A stretch of DNA of 64,000 bases from NCBI GenBank assembly GCA_965224085.1, contig CBDCYI010000004.1, positions 1,824,001-1,888,000 on the forward strand, given 5' to 3'. Of this stretch, positions 52,496 through 61,782 are shown in pieces. Within the stretch, counting starts at the first letter, position 1. The number at the start of each line of letters is the position of its first letter. The notes under the pieces were generated by a model, which worked only from the letters and a program-made list of their open reading frames with translations, made no database searches and was not told the origin of the DNA. The position numbers and the translations under genes were made by a program. The DNA is from Candidatus Marinacidobacterales bacterium. Its GTDB lineage: Bacteria > Acidobacteriota > Vicinamibacteria > Marinacidobacterales > SMYC01.

Positions 52496-53200
52496 TTAGC
52501 CCGAGAGCGCGCTCAGGCTGGACTCGTAAACGGCCGCGCAACCAAGAGCGACGGTCGCGAGACCCACGACCCACTGAAGCCCATCCCTAAATCGCGTCAG
52601 GCCCTCGGCGGAGAAACGAAAGGGAATCGCGATGACCGCGGATAGGAGCGTCATCCCGAGAATCGAGCCGAGGCCGAACAGCAGCATGTAGATCATACCG
52701 ACCGCGACGGAAGGCGTGCGCTCCAAAGTAAGGAGAATCAAAGCAGCGGAGCCTGCCATCCCGTGCACGAGGCCAATCACAAGAGCCCGAAGGCCGTTGA
52801 CCCTTACGTGAGTATGCTCGTGAGCATCATGTGTCGGCTCGCCCGCATGGGCGTGTAGATGCAGGTGGTGTGTTCCATCGCCGTGCTCGTGCTGATGAAA
52901 ATGAACCTGGTCGCGGCGCACTCGTCGGATGACGTCGAGACCGAGAATCACGAGCATGACGCCGACAGCGAGCTCGAGCCCGGCGGCAAGCCGGCTGGGC
53001 ATCACGCTGTCGACGAGAAGCACGACCGTCCCAAAAAGCGAGAGCGCGATCGTGTGGCCGACGCCCCACAACGCCCCGTGGCGGATGCACTCCGCCGGCG
53101 TTTTGGCGCCCGTCGCGAGCGTCGCGACCGCAGCGATATGGTCCGCCTCGAGCGCGTGGCGCATCCCGATGAGAAAGCCCAGAACCAGAAGTCCGACCAT
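52496..53200 (-). CDS. NiCoT/UreH-type nickel-cobalt permease
   Basis: GMRHALEADH, WGVGHT, His-rich loop, GLVHGMAGSA. Confidence 0.9.
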   Translation of the reverse strand: MVGLLVLGFLIGMRHALEADHIAAVATLATGAKTPAECIRHGALWGVGHTIALSLFGTVVLLVDSVMPSRLAAGLELAVGVMLVILGLDVIRRVRRDQVHFHQHEHGDGTHHLHLHAHAGEPTHDAHEHTHVRVNGLRALVIGLVHGMAGSAALILLTLERTPSVAVGMIYMLLFGLGSILGMTLLSAVIAIPFRFSAEGLTRFRDGLQWVVGLATVALGCAAVYESSLSALSG

Positions 53201-53209
53201 CCAAGAATT

Positions 53210-54139
53210 CTACAGCGCCCGATGGCGCTCGAAGGACTGCTGGTTCGTACCGGAAAGCAACAGGTGCGACGGAAGACGTCGCCCGAGAAAGCCTTCGATG
53301 AGACGCGCGGCTTCCATGACACGATCGATATCGATGCCCGTTTCGAGATCCATCTCGTCGCACATGTTCACGAGATCCTCGGTGGGGATATTTCCCGTGG
53401 CCGCGGGCGTCACGGGGCATCCGCCCAACCCTCCAATCGAGGAATCGTAGGTATCGATCCCCGCCTGAAGGCCCGCAAGCACGTTGGCGAAGCCGAGACC
53501 TCGCGTGTTGTGAATGTGGAGCGACAGCTCTACGTCCTCATCGAGCTCTTCCTGCAGACGCAGCATGAGACGTGTGACTTCTGTCGGATTGGCCATTCCC
53601 ACGGTATCCGCAATCGAGATCTCACGAATGCCCATGGCTACGAACGCATGCGAAAGCTCCGAGACGCGGTCCGGGGGCGTCGGCCCTTCGAAGGGGCAGG
53701 CGAAGGAGACGCCGATGGCGACTTCCACCGGGACGTCGCGCTTCGATGCGATCCCGACGATCTCCTCACAGTCGCGAACGGACTCGGCGACCGACATCCG
53801 CACATTTCGCTGGTTGAAGGTCTCGCTGGCGCAGACGACGAGGCGGAGGGCGTCGATATCTTCCTCGACCGCGAGCTCCGCCCCCCGGGTATTGGGAACC
53901 AAAACAGTGTAGCGCACGCCCGGCGCGCGTCGGATGCCCCGCATGACTTGACGCGCATCCGCCATCTGCGGCACCGCCTTGGGGCTGACGAACGACGTCG
54001 TCTCGATCTTGCGAACGCCGGAGCAAGAGATGGCGTCGATGACTTGGATTTTCAAGTCCGTGGGAATGAACGCCTGCTCCGTCTGGAAGCCGTCGCGCGG
54101 CCCCACGTCCACGATGTCGACCTTGTCCGGCAAGCTCAT
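53210..54139 (-). CDS. Hydroxymethylglutaryl-CoA lyase
   Basis: VGPRDGFQ, SFVSPKAVPQMAD, HIHNTRG, GGLGGCP, GNIPTEDL. Confidence 0.93.
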   Translation of the reverse strand: MSLPDKVDIVDVGPRDGFQTEQAFIPTDLKIQVIDAISCSGVRKIETTSFVSPKAVPQMADARQVMRGIRRAPGVRYTVLVPNTRGAELAVEEDIDALRLVVCASETFNQRNVRMSVAESVRDCEEIVGIASKRDVPVEVAIGVSFACPFEGPTPPDRVSELSHAFVAMGIREISIADTVGMANPTEVTRLMLRLQEELDEDVELSLHIHNTRGLGFANVLAGLQAGIDTYDSSIGGLGGCPVTPAATGNIPTEDLVNMCDEMDLETGIDIDRVMEAARLIEGFLGRRLPSHLLLSGTNQQSFERHRAL

Positions 54140-54258
54140 TCGTCTGGATGTTAGCACGTACCTCGACGGAATAAATTTTCCGCCGGGAAGTAGGAACTTT
54201 AGACGGTTTCGGGTGTCTAAAACGGATAGATGGACACCTCGCCGCCGGGGAGGAAATC

Positions 54259-55218
54259 ATGCATTCCATCTCTGCGCTCGTGGCGTTTTCGATTCTCACT
54301 CCGATCCCACAGGTCGAAGAGCCCATTACCCACGGAAAACTTACCGTTTACGTGGTCCGCGCCTCGCAAACGGACCCGCGCTCGTACATCACGCTCGACG
54401 AAGGCCTCGAATCCGGAGCCGTCGAGGTGCGCGAGCGGGGTAGCGGTGACGTCAATAGCCTCGAAGTGGAGAACGGCTCCGACAGACACCTATTCTTGCA
54501 TGTCGGAGACATCATTCGCGGGGGCAAGCAGGACCGCACGATTGCGACCGACGTTTTGATCCCACCGCGGTCGGCCCCCATCGCGGTCGATGCGTTTTGC
54601 GTCGAGCACGGCCGGTGGGCCGCCGATGCGCGCGCGGGCTCCGCCTTTTCCTCCAATGACGCCCTCGCGAGCGGTGCCAAGCTCAAGAGAAGCATCCAGC
54701 GCGCCCAAAGCCAGCAAGAGGTCTGGGACGCCGTCTCGGTTGCAGAAACGGTTGTCGCGGTATACGCAGCCGCTCCATCCAACCGTCTATCTTCGTCGGG
54801 CACTTATAGCGCGATCGTTGAGAACGAGCCACTGCGGGCGGAACGCGAAGACTACGTCGAAGCTGTGTTGCCTCGAGTGCTCGCCCACGAGGACGCGGTT
54901 GGCGTGGTCGTCGCCATCGATGGCGAGATTGTCGGTGCAGACCTCTATCGTTCTCACGAGCTCTTCGGGAAACTCGCCCGCAAAGTGCTCGACGCCTACG
55001 CGCAAGAGGCAATTCTCAGCGGAGACGCGCCGGCTGCAGCGCCTCCGACTATAGGCGCGGTGTCGCGATTCCTGGACGATGGAGCGAACGTGACGACCGA
55101 ATCCTTATCGACCACGATGGAACGAAGCTCGTCGGAGAATGCCGACGCCGACATATTCGAGTACCGCTTTCGCGAGGACGCGAAACCCTTGCACTCGAGC
55201 TACGTCAAAAAGAGATAG
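54259..55218 (+). CDS. Exported ARPP-1/DUF6569-like domain protein
   Basis: Signal-like N-terminus; VNSLEVEN..GDIIRGGKQDR..FCVEHGRW..QQEVW..VGVVVAIDG..ADLY. Confidence 0.75.
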   Translation: MHSISALVAFSILTPIPQVEEPITHGKLTVYVVRASQTDPRSYITLDEGLESGAVEVRERGSGDVNSLEVENGSDRHLFLHVGDIIRGGKQDRTIATDVLIPPRSAPIAVDAFCVEHGRWAADARAGSAFSSNDALASGAKLKRSIQRAQSQQEVWDAVSVAETVVAVYAAAPSNRLSSSGTYSAIVENEPLRAEREDYVEAVLPRVLAHEDAVGVVVAIDGEIVGADLYRSHELFGKLARKVLDAYAQEAILSGDAPAAAPPTIGAVSRFLDDGANVTTESLSTTMERSSSENADADIFEYRFREDAKPLHSSYVKKR

Positions 55219-55227
55219 TGGCTGTTC

Positions 55228-55665
55228 TCAACCGCCGATGCCGTCGGCGGTGAAGAATGCTTCGAGAGATCCGATCTCGTCCGAGAGCCTCTCGATGGTC
55301 TGCTTCATCAAAGGCTTCGTCGTGGCGAGGCCGACGACTTTCTCAGCGTCGTCGACGATCGGAATGTGATTGAAGGGTCGGCCCGCCATGACCTTCATCG
55401 CTTCCGGGAGCTCCATGTCCTGAGACATGACCTCTACCGGTGCCGTCATGACCGACGCGATGCTCGTCGAGCCAGGAGGCAGTCCCTTCAGCACGACGCG
55501 CTCGATCGCGTCACGGCGCGTGAAGATGCCGGCCGCTTTTTCGTCCTCGAGCACGACAACCGCGCCAATCTTCTCCGCGGTCATCACCTCGAGTGCTTGG
55601 TGGACGGACGCGTCCGAGGGAACGGAAATGGCGGGTTTGCGACACACACGCGAAACACTCATCAC
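55228..55665 (-). CDS. CBS-domain pair protein
   Basis: IGAVVVL..GIFTRRD..VMTAP..HIPIVD; ends YFTAD-like FFTADGIGG. Confidence 0.9.
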   Translation of the reverse strand: MMSVSRVCRKPAISVPSDASVHQALEVMTAEKIGAVVVLEDEKAAGIFTRRDAIERVVLKGLPPGSTSIASVMTAPVEVMSQDMELPEAMKVMAGRPFNHIPIVDDAEKVVGLATTKPLMKQTIERLSDEIGSLEAFFTADGIGG

Positions 55666-55674
55666 TCAACTCCC

Positions 55675-55789
55675 TCAGGAGTCATCCGCTCTTTCGAAAA
55701 TATCGACTTCCGTTCCTTCCAGTTGGAACTCCTTCGGAATTCGGACCGCCTGGCTGTTGCCGCTTGATCTTCGCTATCTTGATGGCCAT
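55675..55789 (-). pseudogene. vapB: AbrB-fold VapB/VagC antitoxin fragment (frameshifted, toxin absent)
   Basis: MAIKIAKI then SGNSQAVRIPKEFQLEGTEVDIF; RBS taggag. Confidence 0.8.
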
Positions 55790-55798
55790 CTGCTCTCC

Positions 55799-55828
55799 TA
55801 AATGTATATACGAACGTATATACATTTA
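55799..55828. promoter_or_regulatory. VapBC-type operator palindrome
   Basis: Perfect 14-bp arms TAAATGTATATACG-aa-CGTATATACATTTA directly upstream of the vapB RBS. Confidence 0.8.
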
Positions 55829-55966
55829 CAACGGTATCAAGTGAGAAGCGCGCCGCCGGCGTCTGCGTCGTTGGAACTTCTGTCACCGCGTGGCCATGAA
55901 GCATGGTAGCGCTCCCACCTCGCTCGAACCCATCTCGAGCTCCTGCATGTCGCTCTTTGATTTTCC

Positions 55967-57703
55967 CTACCGGGGTAAGAGAGATTGGCGGAGCTCCAAA
56001 ATTTCTGAGCTCTCGAGGATAGCGCCACCGAAACGTGCGCGGTAATAGCCTTCGATGACACGTGCGCCAGCTTCTCGAACGGAGACCGGCATATCCTCCA
56101 ATGGAAGGCTCGTCCAGTGCTCGAGAGGCGCTCGACTTTTCGGGCGCGGCCACCCGAGCTTCTCGACGGTCGCGTCGAGCTCGCGCAGCAATCGCTCGAG
56201 CTCGGGACGCTCCTCGCTCTCGAGCGACGACGCCCATCTCCCAGGAAACCGAAACTTCACCCTTCGCGCCACCGCCCACCCGACGATGGCTAAAACGAGA
56301 AGCCACATGCCGGGCTTCACCCAACGCGACCCATCGAAATGGCGAAGCGACGCGTAGAGGCTCGCACAAAAAGCTCGTAGCCACTCACCGACTTTGGAAA
56401 GAAAGCCGTCATCGAGCGCAGCATGGAGCGCCTCGTACTCCGCCGCGGGTGTCGGGTCGTACTCGAGCCATCCCTTCCCCTCGATAAAGGCTTCGATCCA
56501 AGCGTGGCGATCCCACTCCCGGACGACGTAGTGGTCGCCCTTTTTCTGGCTCCCAATCACGTTGAACCCACGCACGTAGCGCGTGGGGATCCCCTGCGTG
56601 CGGAGCAACACCGCCGCTGAGCCCGCGAAGTACTCACACCAGCCTTCACGCTTGCGAAAAAGAAAGTCGGCGATTGGATCCTGGCGGTCCATCGCCCCTA
56701 CATCCAACGAGTAACGGTAGTTTTCGCGGAGATGCGCGACCACCCTCTCGACCACGGTCTCGTCTTCAGAAGCGCCTTCCGCCAAACGCGCGGCGAGATC
56801 GCGGACGCGAGGATCGAGCGCTTCGGGAAGCTCGAGGCTTGCTTCGAGCGTCGCCGCATCGGGCGCGGCCTCTTGAACGCGCTGATGGTTCACGTCGTGA
56901 AGAACACCCCAGACGTGTACCCGCGCGCGAGGTGGCAGGAGCACGACCGCGGCCGGATCGATCTGAACCTTGTCGGCAGGAGCACGCACCAGATAGGAGC
57001 CACCCGGCGTCGCCAGCCCGCCCCCGTCCACCCGCACCACCCTCGTCCGGATCAAGCGCTGGCGATGCAAGCTTTCCGGTAGCGGCACGAAATCGGCGCC
57101 GGGCAGCTCGGCTACAAAAGCCTGCGCAGCGGTATCGAGAGCCACCGTGCCCACGACCGGCGCGAGCTCGCGGAGGCCAGCCGCATCGCGTGACCAACCC
57201 GTGCCATCGAAGTGGACCAACACGCGACTTCGGAGCCGCTGCGGCCGCTCGCTCCAGACGCGCATCACAACCTTCCTCGAAAGCTTCAGCCGCTGCAGCT
57301 CGCCGAGCTGAGCTCGATGCTGCGCCGCATTGCCGTCTCTGGATGGCGTGTAGATCGTCATCATCGTTTCTTCGACGCGGCTTTGCGTCCACGGCAGCAC
57401 GACCAAGATCGCCGCTCCGAGCGCCAAAGCCATCACGGCCACGCCGCCGAGAAGTGCCATCCGTCGCCACCTTCGGTCATCATCCGAAGGCAAGCTGTCG
57501 ATCGCAAGATAGATGAAGCCCGTAACCCCGGCGAGCAGGAGATAAGCATGGACCTCGGCTTCATTCCGGAAGCTCGCCACGACGAGGAGCGCTGCGGCTG
57601 CCGGTATCGTAGTTGACCACACGGACATCGTGGAGCGGCACACTACGAACACGCTTCCGAGACTCCCGAGCGTGTAGCCGAGCGCAAGCGACCAAAACTT
57701 CAT
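55967..57703 (-). CDS. Transglutaminase-like membrane protein (TgpA-type); N-terminus possibly shortened
   Basis: GWCEYFA (catalytic Cys), HAWIE, YDPTP; N-terminal TM helices. Confidence 0.9.
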   Translation of the reverse strand: MKFWSLALGYTLGSLGSVFVVCRSTMSVWSTTIPAAAALLVVASFRNEAEVHAYLLLAGVTGFIYLAIDSLPSDDDRRWRRMALLGGVAVMALALGAAILVVLPWTQSRVEETMMTIYTPSRDGNAAQHRAQLGELQRLKLSRKVVMRVWSERPQRLRSRVLVHFDGTGWSRDAAGLRELAPVVGTVALDTAAQAFVAELPGADFVPLPESLHRQRLIRTRVVRVDGGGLATPGGSYLVRAPADKVQIDPAAVVLLPPRARVHVWGVLHDVNHQRVQEAAPDAATLEASLELPEALDPRVRDLAARLAEGASEDETVVERVVAHLRENYRYSLDVGAMDRQDPIADFLFRKREGWCEYFAGSAAVLLRTQGIPTRYVRGFNVIGSQKKGDHYVVREWDRHAWIEAFIEGKGWLEYDPTPAAEYEALHAALDDGFLSKVGEWLRAFCASLYASLRHFDGSRWVKPGMWLLVLAIVGWAVARRVKFRFPGRWASSLESEERPELERLLRELDATVEKLGWPRPKSRAPLEHWTSLPLEDMPVSVREAGARVIEGYYRARFGGAILESSEILELRQSLLPR

Positions 57704-58814
57704 GTTGTCCCATCGCCTTCACCCGGCGAAGAAACTCGGCCCGTGGTCGGTCCCAGTCCTGAACGACGGCCACGACGCTCGTGATTTGACCGAGCTTTTC
57801 GAAAAGCGCAGGCCCCACGACGTCGAAAGCCGGCTCGGGGCAGGGCTCGAGACACGCCAGCACATCGAGAATGTTCTCGAGATAAGCGAGGCTCCGACCG
57901 GCGCTGACTTCATAGATATCTGGCCCCGCGGCAAAGATGTCGACGACGTGATCGCTCCGGCTGAAGAAATCCGCCACCGACGCAACGACGGAGATCGCGG
58001 CTTCGAAAGCCTGCACGTCCTCGGCGCGCGCTCTTTTAGGAACGAACGTATCCAAAATCAGCGCGATCCTCGAAAAGTACTCTTCTTGAAACTCCATCAC
58101 GACCGGCTTCCCGACGCGCGCCCAGGACCGCCAGTGAATGTGCCGTATGGGATCGCCTCGCTGGTACTCCCGCGTCCCGAGAAACTCCAGGCTGTCGCCT
58201 GTGTGCGAGGCGAGTGGAATGCCTCCGGGTTGATAGCGCCGGCCGAGCGGAAGATGAAAGGACTCCATCGCGTAGAAACGCGGATAGACGAGCAGCACTT
58301 CTTCGGCGAGTGTTTGTGCACTTCCCGCGACGAGGCCGAGCGGGTCCGTCGCTCGCACGGTGGGTGCTGGGATCACATAGCGGCCCCGCCTCTCGATGCA
58401 CACCGAAACGCTCGAGCGCACATGGTCGGCATCCCCCGAAACCACGACCGACTGGCGCGGCTCGACGGAAACGTTGCTGCCCCACCTTCGAGGACGCGGG
58501 AACGAAACGAGAAGTGGACGGAGCAGGCCCTTGGAGGTCACGCGCATCGGGATCTCGAGGGTCTGTCCCGCGGACATGCGCAGCGGCAGGCTGCAAGAGA
58601 GCTCGACCCGAGGAGGACGCGCGAGCGCGAACAACGCCGCGACCACGAGGATCGCTGCGGAGACGGCAAAGACTTTGAACACCTGGCTCCCGCGGGTGTC
58701 CAAACCCATCATCGCGAGCGCCGCCGTCAGCCACAGTAGATACCGCCCCCGGGGCGTTAGCCGCTCGCGATATTGGTCGAAGACCGAGCGGATGAAAGGG
58801 AAGGGCCGCCGCAC
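57561..58814 (-). CDS. DUF58 (vWA-like) protein; native C-terminus probably lost near 57705
   Basis: DPLGL, EFLGTREYQRGDPIRHIHWRSWAR, FEAAISVVAS. Confidence 0.9.
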   Translation of the reverse strand: MRRPFPFIRSVFDQYRERLTPRGRYLLWLTAALAMMGLDTRGSQVFKVFAVSAAILVVAALFALARPPRVELSCSLPLRMSAGQTLEIPMRVTSKGLLRPLLVSFPRPRRWGSNVSVEPRQSVVVSGDADHVRSSVSVCIERRGRYVIPAPTVRATDPLGLVAGSAQTLAEEVLLVYPRFYAMESFHLPLGRRYQPGGIPLASHTGDSLEFLGTREYQRGDPIRHIHWRSWARVGKPVVMEFQEEYFSRIALILDTFVPKRARAEDVQAFEAAISVVASVADFFSRSDHVVDIFAAGPDIYEVSAGRSLAYLENILDVLACLEPCPEPAFDVVGPALFEKLGQITSVVAVVQDWDRPRAEFLRRVKAMGQHEVLVACARLHARESRKRVRSVPLHDVRVVNYDTGSRSAPRRGELPE

Positions 58815-58817
58815 GGA

Positions 58818-59762
58818 TCACACTCCGACGGGCGTCGCGTCCAAAATCTCGCGGACGACGTCTTCTTTCTGGGTACCCGAATATTTGGCCTTGGTGTCGA
58901 GCGCGAGACGATGCGCGAGCACGGGAACCGCTATCGCCTTCACGTCTTCCGGGATCACGAAATCACGGCCGAGAACGAAAGCTCGCGCTTGCGAGGCCCG
59001 GAAAAGCGCCAACGTTCCGCGAGGCGAGCAACCGGTCTTGAGCGACGGATGCTGCCGCGTCGCCTCTGCGAGCTCGACGAGATACTGCCCTATCTTGCGA
59101 TCGAGCCGGGTTGCGAACACCGTCTCCTGAACCGCCACGACGTCCCGTGCGTCGAGCACGGACTCCACATCCTCTAAAGGATGATGATGAAACTGGCTAT
59201 AGAGCATCTCGACCTCTTGCTCTTTGGGCGGATAGCCGAGCCCGACTTTCATCCCGAACCGATCGAGCTGAGCTTCCGGAAGCGGATAGGTACCGTGAAA
59301 CTCAATTGGGTTCTGCGTGGCGATGACGAGAAAAGGCGATGGAAGCGGCCGCGTCTCACCTTCGGTCGAGGCCTGTCGCTCGCTCATCGCCTCGAGAAGG
59401 CTCGACTGCGTGCGAGGAGAGGCTCGATTGATCTCGTCCGCGAGCAGAATATTCGCGAAGATAGGTCCTTTCTTGAACCGAAAGCTCCCGTCCGTGGGGT
59501 TGTAAATCGAGCTCCCGAGAACGTCTGCAGGAAGCAGATCGGGCGTGAACTGGATGCGGCTGAACTCGCCTGAAATCGAGCGCGAAAGCGCTTTGGCGAG
59601 CGTGGTCTTCCCCACCCCGGGAACGTCTTCCATGAGGATGTGGCTCCCGCTAAAGAGTGCTATGAGCATGTTGTCGAGCACTTCTGGCTTTCCCAAGATG
59701 ACTCGAGCTAGCTGCTCTTCGAGCCGATCGACTTGGGCAGGTCTCGTTTCTTGTTTGAGCAT
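58818..59762 (-). CDS. moxR: MoxR-family AAA+ ATPase
   Basis: EDVPGVGKT, RIQFTPDLLP, LADEINRA, ATQNP, LPEAQLDRF. Confidence 0.96.
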   Translation of the reverse strand: MLKQETRPAQVDRLEEQLARVILGKPEVLDNMLIALFSGSHILMEDVPGVGKTTLAKALSRSISGEFSRIQFTPDLLPADVLGSSIYNPTDGSFRFKKGPIFANILLADEINRASPRTQSSLLEAMSERQASTEGETRPLPSPFLVIATQNPIEFHGTYPLPEAQLDRFGMKVGLGYPPKEQEVEMLYSQFHHHPLEDVESVLDARDVVAVQETVFATRLDRKIGQYLVELAEATRQHPSLKTGCSPRGTLALFRASQARAFVLGRDFVIPEDVKAIAVPVLAHRLALDTKAKYSGTQKEDVVREILDATPVGV

Positions 59763-60101
59763 AGAGTACCCTTCGAACAGAGCGTCACGCGCACTTTTTT
59801 TGGACCGCGCGGCAGGTTTCCTTCGAGTATGTGGACCGGTTTCCGGCGTGTCAATTAAGAGCGCGCATCGCCGCGGCGGGCGGGAGAAGCTCACGAGCGC
59901 GTGGCTCTTCGGCGACAAAAACGATGCCGCGTGCCACCTTGATGGCGGTGAGGCTAGGGCGGTCGGCCCTCATGACACGGCCCACTTTAGCATCGACCCG
60001 CCCGGGTGACGACGCGGGGAGTCGATGGACTTCCGGGGCGAGAACCTCATACACTTGCGCCCGAGCTCGCTCCGGCGAGCAAATAAATCAGGGGTGGAAT
60101 C

Positions 60102-61331
60102 ATGAAGAAAAAGAACGTTCTCATCGGCTCAGGGCTTCTCTTGGCCCTCGTCGCGCTCGGCATAGGGCAGCTCCAGCTCGAGCGCGTCTCGGCCTCCCAG
60201 ACGGAGGCCGCCGAAGCGCCGATGTTCGAAGTCGATCCCTTTTGGCCGAAGCCCTTGCCCAATCATTGGGTCATCGGCTCCGCGATTGGGATCACGATCG
60301 ATTCAAGAGACCACGTTTTCATCATCCATCGTCAAGGCACGCTCAACCCTTCGACCGAGGTGAGCGCGGCGGCCGACCCGCCGACGGCCACAGAGTGCTG
60401 CGTGCCCGCGCCTAACGTCCTCGAGTTCGATCCCGATGGCAACCTCGTCGGCCACTGGGGCGGCCCGGCCGACGGCTATGATTGGCCCCAGTCGAATCAC
60501 GGGATTACGATCGATCCGATGGACAACATCTGGATTGGCGGCAACGGAGCGAGCGACGCCCACGTGTTGAAGTTCACCCGTGAAGGCAAGTTCCTGAAAC
60601 AGTTCGGCAAACCCAACGCACGGCGCAAGCCGGGCTCGTCCGACGCGGAGCCGACCTTCGTGGGTAATAGCCACGACAAGGAAAACTTCGGCAGGGTCGC
60701 CAAGATTGGCTTCGATGCGAGCGGCACAGAGGCGTTCGTCGCCGACGGCTACCTGAACAAACGCGTCGCGGTCCTCGACTCGGAAACGGGCGCCATGAAG
60801 AGGTATTGGGGCGCTTACGGCAACAAGCCCGACGACGCCGACGCTGGCCGCTACAACCCGAGCGCTCCGCCCGCACAGCAGTTTCGCAATCCCGTGCACT
60901 GCGCCGACCCCTCCGTCGATGGGCTCCTCTACGTATGCGACCGCGTGAACAACCGTGTTCAGGTGTTTCGCAAAGACGGGGAGTACGTGGACGAAGTGTT
61001 CGTGGAAAAAGAGAGCCTCGGAAGCGGCGCTGCTTGGGATGTTTCCTTCTCGAACGATTCGGAGCAGCGCTACATGTACGTTGCCGACGGCAAGAACGAG
61101 CGAGTCCACATCGTCGAGCGGAAAACGCTCACGGTGCTGACGAACTTCGGGGACGGCGGCCGGCAGCCCGGACAGTTCTTCGGCGTGCACAGCATCGCCA
61201 CCGATTCGAAGGGCAACATTTACACGACCGAGACCTACGAGGGGAAGCGCATCCAGAAGTTCGTCTACAAGGGGATGGGCCCCGTGCGCAAGAAGAACCA
61301 GGGTACGATCTGGCCGACATCTTCGAATTGA
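60102..61331 (+). CDS. Exported NHL-repeat beta-propeller (peptidyl-alpha-hydroxyglycine lyase-like)
   Basis: VDPFWPKPLP, HGITID, FVADGYLNKRV, YVCDRVNNRVQVF, HSIATDSKGNIY. Confidence 0.85.
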   Translation: MKKKNVLIGSGLLLALVALGIGQLQLERVSASQTEAAEAPMFEVDPFWPKPLPNHWVIGSAIGITIDSRDHVFIIHRQGTLNPSTEVSAAADPPTATECCVPAPNVLEFDPDGNLVGHWGGPADGYDWPQSNHGITIDPMDNIWIGGNGASDAHVLKFTREGKFLKQFGKPNARRKPGSSDAEPTFVGNSHDKENFGRVAKIGFDASGTEAFVADGYLNKRVAVLDSETGAMKRYWGAYGNKPDDADAGRYNPSAPPAQQFRNPVHCADPSVDGLLYVCDRVNNRVQVFRKDGEYVDEVFVEKESLGSGAAWDVSFSNDSEQRYMYVADGKNERVHIVERKTLTVLTNFGDGGRQPGQFFGVHSIATDSKGNIYTTETYEGKRIQKFVYKGMGPVRKKNQGTIWPTSSN

Positions 61332-61353
61332 TCACCCGGGACAATAACCGCGC

Positions 61354-61782
61354 ATGGCGAAGCGGCTGGCGCTTGGGTTTCTGACCGTAGCGCCCTTCGC
61401 CATTCTCTTGATTTTCTTTTTCACACCGGGGGCTCTGTCGTGGCTCTTCGCCGTGGTCGTGATGAGCTTTCCGATAGCTCTCGTAGCGCTCGCCGTCAGC
61501 CGCGACGGGCGGGTGGGACCGCGCCTACGCCTCCCTCTCCTGGCGCTGTTCGCATTGCTCCAGGTGGGTGTTACCGGTGTGCTCGCCTTCAGCGCGTCGA
61601 GCGTGAACGGCTTCTACGGATTCCCCCTGTCGCTACATTTTCTGTTGCTGCTGATTTGGCTCGGCCCTCTCTGTGTTACGACCCTGACCTACGCCGTCAC
61701 GTTCCCGGAGCTCGGCATAGACGACGAGCTCCTGGAGCGACTCGACCAGCTCAAAACGATGCGCCGCGACCGCGAATCCTAG
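61354..61782 (+). CDS. Small membrane protein coupled to the symporter
   Basis: Four hydrophobic segments; stop abuts the symporter ATG. Confidence 0.7.
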   Translation: MAKRLALGFLTVAPFAILLIFFFTPGALSWLFAVVVMSFPIALVALAVSRDGRVGPRLRLPLLALFALLQVGVTGVLAFSASSVNGFYGFPLSLHFLLLLIWLGPLCVTTLTYAVTFPELGIDDELLERLDQLKTMRRDRES

